Positions 1 to 6,206 of a stretch of DNA of 26,979 bases are shown in pieces. Source of the DNA: Actinomycetota bacterium. GTDB taxonomy: Bacteria > Actinomycetota > Actinomycetes > S36-B12 > UBA5976. The DNA lies in the NCBI GenBank assembly GCA_039800825.1, contig JBDLPZ010000104.1, forward strand, positions 1 to 26,979, in the 5' to 3' direction. Below the pieces are notes generated by a model that saw nothing but the letters and a program-made list of their open reading frames with translations, did no database searches and was not told the DNA's origin. The position numbers and the translations under genes are program-made. Position 1 is the stretch's first letter, and each line of letters opens with the position of its first letter.

Positions 1-2
1 TC

Positions 3-332
3 GGTATCGCTGATGAGCTCGAGGAACGACAGATCAGTGTGACCGTCGTAGATCCGGTGTGTCTCAAGCCGCTTCCTAGTTCCATCACTCAGTTCGCCAA
101 CTCAGCTCGCATCGTTGTCACGATTGAAGACGGCATTCGAGTCGGAGGTGTGGGTGATGCGGTGACGCGACAGCTCTCGGACTGCGGCGTTTTGAAGCAA
201 CATGTCTCGATTGCTGTCGATGATCAATTCCTCGATCATGCGAGCAGAGCAGCGCTTCAACAAGAGCAAGGTTTCACAGTCAATGCGGGAGTCGACAGAA
301 TTCTGCACGCACTCGAGGCGCTGAACCGCTAA
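3..332 (+). CDS. dxs: 1-deoxy-D-xylulose-5-phosphate synthase, C-terminal part (5' end outside window)
   Basis: Frame is open from base 3 (GIADELEERQISVTVVDPVCLKPL...IVVTIEDGIRVGGVG...FLDHASRA). This matches the transketolase C-terminal domain of DXS (VxVVDP, TIEDG..GGxG). dxs-rnd-DUF3000 is the usual actinobacterial neighbourhood. Confidence 0.88.
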   Translation, partial: GIADELEERQISVTVVDPVCLKPLPSSITQFANSARIVVTIEDGIRVGGVGDAVTRQLSDCGVLKQHVSIAVDDQFLDHASRAALQQEQGFTVNAGVDRILHALEALNR

Positions 333-364
333 GACGCCGAGCGCTTCAGAGCTTTTGGTGCTGT

Positions 365-1579
365 CTACTCTTCGTTGAGAGTTGAAGCCGCGGCGATAAC
401 TGGCTCGATGAGCAAATCGATTTGCCACGGACGGCTGTGCTGTTGGCCAAGCCATTCGCGGAGTTCTTCGCCGTCGTGCAAGCGACTGCCGCCTTCCCAG
501 CAGAGTCGACGAACGATGTCTGGCGACACAATAAGTTCTGGCGCGATTTCAAAACCGGCAGCGAGCTCGTTGATCGCTGGTCGAACCGCTTCCCAGCGAA
601 GCGCGGCCTCAGGGTTCTTCTCTGCCCAGGCTTTCGGTGGAGGAAGAACAGTTCCCTTAGGAGAAGCCTTTGGAGGGTTCTTGGACTCGAGAGCGCGAAT
701 TCGAGCCTCCCACCACGTGTCCGCGAGCGCTTTGTGTCCGCGATTGCGCAAGCTCTCGAGCTTGAACACATCGCGAGCACTCTTGAGATCCTTCTTGGCG
801 ATGTCGATGATCGCTGCATCGGGCAACACTCGCCCCGGAGCTTTGTCTTTCTCCTGCGCAATCTGGTCGCGCAGCTGCCAAAGCTCGCGCACCACAGCTA
901 GTTGTTCTGGCCGGCGAACAGTGTGAATGCCAGACGTCTTGCGCCATGGGTCTTCACGAGGACCAGGTGGACGCCACGTCGTCAAGTATGCGAATTCCTG
1001 CTCTGCCCATTCCAAGCGATCGCGTGCGATGAGCTCTTCGCGTAAGTGTGCGCGCAGTTCCACCAGCAATTCGACATCGAGCGCGGCGTACAGGAGCCAC
1101 GGCTCTGGAAGTGGACGCGTTGACCAGTCTGCGGCCGAATGTTCTTTAGCGAGCAAGACATTGAGGTCGCTTTCAAGAAGCGCTCCCAAGCCAACTCGCG
1201 CGCGACCGAGCAATCGGCCAGCTAGCTCTGTGTCGAAAAGTGAGGTTGGTTTGAGGCCTAGTTCTACGAGACAACCAATGTCCTGCGTGGAGGCATGCAA
1301 AATCCATTCGACTGGATTGATTGCCTGCGCCAACGAGCTGACATCATCGACAGTGGTCGGGTCAATCAAGAAAGTGCCGGCGCCTTCGCGGCGAACCTGC
1401 ACGAGATAAGCGCGAGAGCTGTATCGGTAACCGGAGGCCCGCTCCGCATCTACAGCGATAGGTCCATGGCCTAAAGCAATCGCAGCAGAGGCGCGCTCTA
1501 GTGCATCTGTTGTTTCAATGACAGCTGGCAGTCCGTCTCTCGGTTCGTTGAGAGCGACGGCTGTGGATTCTTCGGTCAT
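365..1579 (-). CDS. rnd: Ribonuclease D (DEDDy 3'-5' exonuclease + HRDC domain)
   Basis: Motifs AVDAERASGYRY, LHASTQD, LFDTELAGRLLG and YAALDVELL, followed by an HRDC-like segment (RDQIAQEKDKAPGRVLPDAAI). Start set at ATG 1579, which overlaps the DUF3000 stop (ATGA), rather than at the ORF-track start 1705. Confidence 0.9.
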   Translation of the reverse strand: MTEESTAVALNEPRDGLPAVIETTDALERASAAIALGHGPIAVDAERASGYRYSSRAYLVQVRREGAGTFLIDPTTVDDVSSLAQAINPVEWILHASTQDIGCLVELGLKPTSLFDTELAGRLLGRARVGLGALLESDLNVLLAKEHSAADWSTRPLPEPWLLYAALDVELLVELRAHLREELIARDRLEWAEQEFAYLTTWRPPGPREDPWRKTSGIHTVRRPEQLAVVRELWQLRDQIAQEKDKAPGRVLPDAAIIDIAKKDLKSARDVFKLESLRNRGHKALADTWWEARIRALESKNPPKASPKGTVLPPPKAWAEKNPEAALRWEAVRPAINELAAGFEIAPELIVSPDIVRRLCWEGGSRLHDGEELREWLGQQHSRPWQIDLLIEPVIAAASTLNEE

Positions 1580-2160
1580 GACCTGCCAACACGAGAAATG
1601 CTGACTACGCCGTCTGTGAGCGGCTGTAGCGCGCACGTCTTCGCGAGCATGTCGCACCAAGCGAGGATGTGGTTGTGAACTTCGTTGAAGTCTGGGACTG
1701 TCCACGAGACTCGAATTTCAACCGATCCTTCTGGCGCCCGCTCAGCGAGATCTCCAAATGACTGGCTGCCGTTGCGCGAGACAGTGCCGCTGAGTGCGAC
1801 TGCTTCCGCGCCACGCTCTTCGAGTGCTTCGGTGATCCAGGACCAGCCCACTTTCAATAGCAGCTGATCAGTCACTAGCTCTTCATCAAGTTCGGCACGC
1901 ACGAATGCCACGCAGCGGATATGCCCATCCCAGTTGGTCTGGAACTCTGGTTCGTAGAGAACAACCAGTCGGCCACTGCCGACCTCGTGACCATCCTGGT
2001 CGACGTCGGCAAGGATGGCTGCCGTGTGCGTCGCGAGGCGGGCGGGAGCTGGAGCAGTCTCCAGGGCTATTTCGGGTCGGACGGTGCGGTCCTTAATCGT
2101 CGACTCAATCGTGGCAAGGATCTCTCGCCACAGGTCGCGTTGGTTGGTCTGCGCACTCAC
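1576..2160 (-). CDS. DUF3000 family protein
   Basis: PAPARLA, SGRLVVLYEP...WDGHIRCVAFVRAELD, VGWSW, LSGTVS and EIRVSWT match the actinobacterial DUF3000 protein that precedes rnd. Confidence 0.85.
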   Translation of the reverse strand: MSAQTNQRDLWREILATIESTIKDRTVRPEIALETAPAPARLATHTAAILADVDQDGHEVGSGRLVVLYEPEFQTNWDGHIRCVAFVRAELDEELVTDQLLLKVGWSWITEALEERGAEAVALSGTVSRNGSQSFGDLAERAPEGSVEIRVSWTVPDFNEVHNHILAWCDMLAKTCALQPLTDGVVSISRVGRS

Positions 2161-2166
2161 TTGGGC

Positions 2167-2172
2167 AGATTA
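2167..2172 (-). promoter_or_regulatory. -10 hexamer TAATCT, probable leaderless promoter of DUF3000-rnd
   Basis: On the minus strand TAATCT is followed by 6 nt and then the GTG start; no Shine-Dalgarno sequence. Confidence 0.6.
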
Positions 2173-2226
2173 TTCGAGCGCGGCGGGTTCATGGCCGAGG
2201 CACGCCGTGCCCAGGCGGCTTGCGTC

Positions 2227-2232
2227 TAAAGT
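2227..2232 (+). promoter_or_regulatory. -10 hexamer TAAAGT, probable leaderless promoter of EamA gene
   Basis: TAAAGT, 6 nt, then ATG at 2239; no SD. Confidence 0.6.
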
Positions 2233-2238
2233 CCGCCT

Positions 2239-3063
2239 ATGTCTCTCATCCTGGCACTTGTCAGCAGCCTTATGTGGGGTATCGCTGATTTCGTCGGCGG
2301 GCTTGCCTCGAAGCGCACCCCCTCCGCCGTCATCGCGGGCCTGTCCCAGTTTGTCGGCTTGCTGATCATGGTCGGGATTGGCCTCACGTGGGGCTTCGAC
2401 TGGGACACCCGCGCCCTGGGCTGGGCGCTGCTGTCGGGGCTGAGTGGCTTCGCTGGCATCACGATGTTTTACAAGGCCCTAGCTACGGGCCGCATGGGAA
2501 TCGTCTCTCCGATTGCTGCGCTCGGCGCGCTCGTGCCTCTCAGCGCTGGCTTGCTTTCAGGTGATTCGCCATCGGCACTCCAGCTGGTCGGAGTCATCCT
2601 CGCCATTGTCGGCGTAGTTCTCGCGAGTGGACCAGAGCTCAATGGTGGAGCCGACCCCAAGCCGGTGCTGTACGCAGTTGGCGCTGCCTGCGGGTTTGGC
2701 GTGGCTCTATGGGCTATCGCCAAGGGAAGCGAATACAGCGTTATCACCACGATGACGATGATGCGTTGCTTCTCGGTGACGATCGCTGCAGTGGGCGTTG
2801 CGGTGACCAAGACACGTTTCGAGTTTTCGACGATTAGCTGGCCAATGGTTGCCGTCTCTGGCGCCTTCGACGTGTTGGCCAATGTCGCATTCGGCATCGC
2901 CACGACCGGTGATCTGCTGTCGCTGGTGTCGGTGCTCGGCTCTCTCTATCCGGTCGCGACTGTGCTGCTTGCTTTAGTGATCCTTAAAGAGCGTCTGCAG
3001 TTTGTGCAGTATGTCGGTGTCACGGCTGCACTTCTCGGCGTAGCGGCTATCGCTGGCGGCTAG
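2239..3063 (+). CDS. EamA/DMT-family inner-membrane transporter
   Basis: 274 aa, about 10 hydrophobic segments in two repeats; WGIADFVGG, FYKALATGRMGIVSPIAAL, SLYPVATVLLALVILKERL. Confidence 0.88.
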   Translation: MSLILALVSSLMWGIADFVGGLASKRTPSAVIAGLSQFVGLLIMVGIGLTWGFDWDTRALGWALLSGLSGFAGITMFYKALATGRMGIVSPIAALGALVPLSAGLLSGDSPSALQLVGVILAIVGVVLASGPELNGGADPKPVLYAVGAACGFGVALWAIAKGSEYSVITTMTMMRCFSVTIAAVGVAVTKTRFEFSTISWPMVAVSGAFDVLANVAFGIATTGDLLSLVSVLGSLYPVATVLLALVILKERLQFVQYVGVTAALLGVAAIAGG

Positions 3064-4088
3064 TAGCGCCTTTCAAGGCAAATCGCATTGATGCAATAGC
3101 GGTCATCGGTAGGGAATCCGAAGCCCTCGCCATGAAACACGTGCCCCAGATGGCTTTCACACGCTTTGCACCGCACTTCAACGCGACGCATGCCGTAGCT
3201 CGTGTCTTCGATGAGTCTGACCTGGTCGGTTGATGAAGGCTGCCAAAAGGCGGGCCAACCACATCGTGCATCGAACTGATCAGATGCATCAAACAGGCGC
3301 GAGCCGCATGCGCGGCAGACGTAGTAGCCGGCGGCAGGCTTCTTTTCGTAGTTGGCGGAAAACGCTGGTTCCGTGCCGTGTTGCCGAAGCACGTGGAGTT
3401 CATTTGCATTCAGACGTTCAGTCCAAGACGGGAGCGCGCCAATCATTTCGAAACTGAAGTCATCAGAAGTGAACAGCGCACGATGTTGTTGAGACTCAAT
3501 AAACGCACTGAGGCTGGCATCGACGTCTGTTGAGGCCGCCGCGACTGGGCTTGTGGTCAGGCTCAGTTCATCAAGAACTTGGGCTCGGATGAGTGCAGCA
3601 ATGAGCGACGGTCCACCTTCGCAGACAATCCGTATCAGGCCGAGTTCCCGAATCTTGCGCAGCGCCTCGACCCAGTCGATATCGGAGTCGCCAGCCACGA
3701 TAACTCGCGAATCCGTGATTACGGCACTCGCACACGTGACCACGTAGTCCGCGACTTCGAGAGCCCACTGTGCGTCAGCTGGGGTTCGCGTGGCGACGAT
3801 GAGCGCTGGCGATGCCGAGAGGCCCAACGCTGCTCTGCTCTGTGACAACTCAGGACGGATTGTGATTGGCCGGTAGTTCTCTCGCTGAGCTGTCTTGGCG
3901 CTGACGAGAACAGCATCGGCCGCAGCTCGATTGCACAGCATCCATTGAAAATCGGCAGGACCCGTGAGACCACGTGACGAACCTGAGTCATCGCCCCAAC
4001 CGCCGTTTCGTCCTTGGACCAGCACTCCGCGAACGCCAGGTGTGGGGAATGCGGCGAGGTTCATCATCGTGTCGATGCTCGTACTCAT
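3060..4088 (-). CDS. msrB: Fusion protein: RibD_C/dihydrofolate-reductase-like domain + peptide-methionine (R)-S-oxide reductase MsrB
   Basis: N-terminal part: GSSRGLTGPAD..RAAADAVLV..T..ENY, RIVCEGGPSL..LDELSLTTSP (RibD_C). C-terminal part: VLRQHGTEPAF, CRAC, RCGWPAF, EVRCKACESHLGHVF, RYCIN (MsrB). One frame, no stop between them. Start is uncertain (ATG 4088 preferred; alternatives at 4067 and 4064). Confidence 0.87.
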   Translation of the reverse strand: MSTSIDTMMNLAAFPTPGVRGVLVQGRNGGWGDDSGSSRGLTGPADFQWMLCNRAAADAVLVSAKTAQRENYRPITIRPELSQSRAALGLSASPALIVATRTPADAQWALEVADYVVTCASAVITDSRVIVAGDSDIDWVEALRKIRELGLIRIVCEGGPSLIAALIRAQVLDELSLTTSPVAAASTDVDASLSAFIESQQHRALFTSDDFSFEMIGALPSWTERLNANELHVLRQHGTEPAFSANYEKKPAAGYYVCRACGSRLFDASDQFDARCGWPAFWQPSSTDQVRLIEDTSYGMRRVEVRCKACESHLGHVFHGEGFGFPTDDRYCINAICLERRY

Positions 4089-4107
4089 GAGCGTAAGTGT
4101 TTCAGAG

Positions 4108-4117
4108 ACTTTAAGGT
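4108..4117. promoter_or_regulatory. Back-to-back overlapping -10 hexamers (TAAAGT on minus, TAAGGT on plus)
   Basis: ACTTTAAGGT is the only AT-rich TAnnnT pair in the 37-bp gap between the divergent RibD-MsrB and zapE starts. Confidence 0.5.
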
Positions 4118-4125
4118 TGCGCTCT

Positions 4126-5124
4126 ATGTCGCCCATCGATCTGAGTCATCGCCACCCACAGGTGAGCGTCGATCAGCTCATGCGGGATCTGGTACCGCCG
4201 TCGACTTTCTCCGATGTTTCATTCGACAGTTACATCGCTGATCCGAGTCAGCCGACTCAGTCAGAAGCGCTCAACAACCTCCGCGCCTTCGCGGTCGAGA
4301 TTAGTTCGCCGCAGCGCAGGTTTTTCAGGCGTTCCGCTCAAGGTCGTCCAGGCCGCTATCTCGATGGCGGTTTTGGCGTCGGTAAGACGCACCTGCTCGC
4401 ATCTCTGTGGCATGCGGTGGATGTGCCGAAGGCTTTCGGCACTTTCGTAGAGTTCACCAACCTGGTCGGTGCGCTGGGTTTTCAAAATACTGTCGAAGCG
4501 CTCGCACAGTTCAAGCTGATCTGTATCGACGAGTTCGAACTCGACGATCCCGGCGACACCGTGCTGATGTCGACGCTGCTGATGCGACTCGTGGAGCGCG
4601 GTGTGTGGCTAGCAGCAACGAGCAACACTCTGCCCGATCGACTCGGCGAAGAGCGATTTGCAGCTGATGACTTTCAGCGAGAGATTCAAGGGCTCGCTGC
4701 TCATTTTGACGCTTTACGGATCGACGGTGAGGACTATCGCCACCGTGGCTTGCCAGCTGCGCCACCTCCTGCATCGGATACCGAGGTTCGAGCCGCCGCG
4801 GACATGCGGAGCAACGCGTCGTGGGACACGTTCAAAGGTCTGACCCGGCACCTTTCACTGCTTCATCCGTCGAAATATCGTGCACTTGTAGCCGATGTTG
4901 AACTGTTCTGCGTCTCTGGCGTCGAAGTGCTCACCGACCAGGCGGCAGCGCTTCGGTGGGTCGTGCTTGCTGATCGCCTCTACGACAGGGGAGTGCCAGT
5001 CGTGTACAGCGGTGTCCCTCTTGATGAGATGTTTGCACCAGAGCTCTTGGCTGGCGGTTATCGAAAGAAGTATCGCCGCGCAATTTCCCGCCTAGTGGCC
5101 CTCTCCCGCATGTCAGCAAGCTAA
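4126..5124 (+). CDS. zapE: Cell division ATPase ZapE (AFG1 family)
   Basis: Walker A GGFGVGKTHLL, Walker B CIDEFELDDPG, ATSNTLP..LGE.RFAA.DF.REI, IDGEDYRHR. Start set at ATG 4126 (MSPIDL...). Confidence 0.92.
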   Translation: MSPIDLSHRHPQVSVDQLMRDLVPPSTFSDVSFDSYIADPSQPTQSEALNNLRAFAVEISSPQRRFFRRSAQGRPGRYLDGGFGVGKTHLLASLWHAVDVPKAFGTFVEFTNLVGALGFQNTVEALAQFKLICIDEFELDDPGDTVLMSTLLMRLVERGVWLAATSNTLPDRLGEERFAADDFQREIQGLAAHFDALRIDGEDYRHRGLPAAPPPASDTEVRAAADMRSNASWDTFKGLTRHLSLLHPSKYRALVADVELFCVSGVEVLTDQAAALRWVVLADRLYDRGVPVVYSGVPLDEMFAPELLAGGYRKKYRRAISRLVALSRMSAS

Positions 5125-5138
5125 AGGAGCCAGTCAAG

Positions 5139-5576
5139 ATGTCGAAACTGCGCTTTGATCACGTGAGCATTGTCGTAAACGACCTGGACTCCGCTGTGCG
5201 CTTTTTTGAGGTTCTCGGCTTGGAGGTAGACGGCAAGGCAGACATCTCCGGCGATTGGGTAGACCGGATTTCGGGCGTTCCAGGGATCGACTGCGAAATC
5301 TGCATGATGAAAACACCGGACGGGGCTGCGCGCATCGAACTCACTCGATACCGCTCACCGGGCACAGCAGGTGTCGATCTCGATGCGTCGATCATCAGCG
5401 CAGTCGGATTGCGCAGCGTCATGTTTGAGGTCGATGACATTGCAGTCATGGAGCGTCGACTCGCAGAGGCAGGCGGCGAACTCATGGGCGAAATCGTTCA
5501 GTACGAAAATGCCTACAAACTCTGTTACGTGCGTGGCCCGGAAGGCGTCATTGTTGCCTTGGCCGAGTCGCTCTGA
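5139..5576 (+). CDS. VOC/glyoxalase-bleomycin resistance family protein
   Basis: FDHVSIVVNDLDSAVRFF..LGL, RIELTRY, FEVDDI, LCYVRGPEGVIVALAE; SD AAGGAG at 5124-5129. Confidence 0.88.
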   Translation: MSKLRFDHVSIVVNDLDSAVRFFEVLGLEVDGKADISGDWVDRISGVPGIDCEICMMKTPDGAARIELTRYRSPGTAGVDLDASIISAVGLRSVMFEVDDIAVMERRLAEAGGELMGEIVQYENAYKLCYVRGPEGVIVALAESL

Positions 5577-5588
5577 GCCAAACTCTCC

Positions 5589-5769
5589 AACCTGTACGTC
5601 TAGACACGCTCTCAGCGTGCATACACGTACAGGTTGTCGAAATCCGTCGCTACAACGGCGTTTGCTGACGTTTTTGTTCTGGCACGGTCGTCAAATTGTC
5701 GAGATTGCCGTGCTCTTGGTTGAACGCGTATGTGTACGTTCCCTGAGAGCGTACCGGGGCATACGCGTT
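5589..5769. repeat. Inverted doublet of 47-bp hairpin units (5589-5635 and 5723-5769) with two smaller hairpins in the 87-bp spacer
   Basis: Perfect 12-bp stems CAACCTGTACGT/ACGTACAGGTTG (5588-5599/5625-5636) and TGAACGCGTATG/CATACGCGTTCA (5721-5732/5760-5771). The reverse complement of unit 1 aligns ungapped to unit 2 at 32/47. Confidence 0.8.
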
Positions 5770-5791
5770 CAGGGGCTAGGTGCGGAAAAAG

Positions 5792-5819
5792 AAAAAGCCC
5801 CGACGTCTCGGGGCTTTTT
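5792..5819. terminator. Bidirectional intrinsic terminator
   Basis: AAAAAGCCCCGA-cgtc-TCGGGGCTTTTT is a perfect inverted repeat with T-tracts on both strands, immediately 3' of tRNA-Val(GAC). Confidence 0.88.
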
Positions 5820-5820
5820 G

Positions 5821-5894
5821 TGGTCGATAAGGGACTCGAACCCCTGGCCTCTTCCATGTCAAGGAAGCGCGCTAACCAACTGCGCCAATCGACC
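5821..5894 (-). tRNA. tRNA-Val(GAC)
   Basis: Acceptor GGTCGAT/ATCGACC, anticodon arm CTTCC-TTGACAT-GGAAG, T-loop TTCGAGT; CCA not encoded. Confidence 0.95.
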
Positions 5895-5912
5895 GTATTT
5901 AGATTTCTTGAG

Positions 5913-5983
5913 AGGTGGAAACGGGATTTGAACCCGTGTACAGGGATTTGCAGTCCCTTGCCTCGCCTCTCGGCCATTCCACC
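5913..5983 (-). tRNA. tRNA-Cys(GCA)
   Basis: Acceptor GGTGGAA/TTCCACC, anticodon arm AGGGA-CTGCAAA-TCCCT, T-loop TTCAAAT; CCA not encoded. Confidence 0.95.
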
Positions 5984-6005
5984 GCGAGGCCAGTGACCTG
6001 CGCCG

Positions 6006-6078
6006 AGCGGATGACGGGACTCGAACCCGCGACATTCACCTTGGCAAGGTGATGCGCTACCAACTGCGCTACATCCGC
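6006..6078 (-). tRNA. tRNA-Gly(GCC)
   Basis: Acceptor GCGGATG/CATCCGC, anticodon arm TCACC-TTGCCAA-GGTGA, T-loop TTCGAGT. First gene of the Gly-Cys-Val cluster. Confidence 0.95.
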
Positions 6079-6125
6079 ATGTGTCCTGCTGACCGATTTC
6101 TCGGCTCGCATGAGCACGGGGCGGG

Positions 6126-6154
6126 AGATTACCCGATAAGCGCCCGAGTCCCAA
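6126..6154 (-). promoter_or_regulatory. Sigma-A-type promoter of the tRNA Gly-Cys-Val operon
   Basis: Minus strand TTGGGA-N17-TAATCT, about 47 nt upstream of tRNA-Gly. Confidence 0.55.
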
Positions 6155-6194
6155 ACGGGGGGTCTAAAAGGTGGGTCGCCCACGGTTTCGTTCG

Positions 6195-6200
6195 TAAGGT
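6195..6200 (+). promoter_or_regulatory. -10 hexamer TAAGGT, probable leaderless promoter of pabB-like operon
   Basis: TAAGGT, 6 nt, then ATG at 6207; no SD. Confidence 0.6.
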
Positions 6201-6206
6201 TCGGGC

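Noticed and set aside
2199-2238. AGGCGG-N14-CCGCCT inverted repeat and GGCAC-gcc-GTGCC hairpin in the DUF3000/EamA gap
   Set aside because: 5-6 bp GC-rich arms are expected by chance at this GC content, and no regulator gene is adjacent.
3060-3446. Stand-alone msrB starting at internal ATG 3446
   Set aside because: No SD or properly spaced -10 precedes it and the upstream frame is open; kept only as a possible alternative product.
5606-5752. CTGAGA core resembling the TPP riboswitch UGAGA loop
   Set aside because: The other TPP elements (CUGAUC..AAU..GCG.AGGGA) are absent, and the element lies at 3' ends rather than upstream of a gene.
5589-5769. CRISPR mini-array
   Set aside because: Only two units, inverted, 68% identical; no cas genes.
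5585-5773. Integron attC interpretation of the two AAC...GTT hairpins (55 bp including putative R boxes) after a VOC gene
   Set aside because: The R boxes fit RYYYAAC/GTTRRRY poorly, the stems are perfectly paired where attC has an unpaired spacer and extrahelical bases, the units are inverted rather than direct, and there is no integrase in the window.
5612-6154. 180-aa minus-strand ORF (and the 5730..5996 and 5899..6183 ORFs)
   Set aside because: They run through three tRNA genes and a terminator and show no protein motif.
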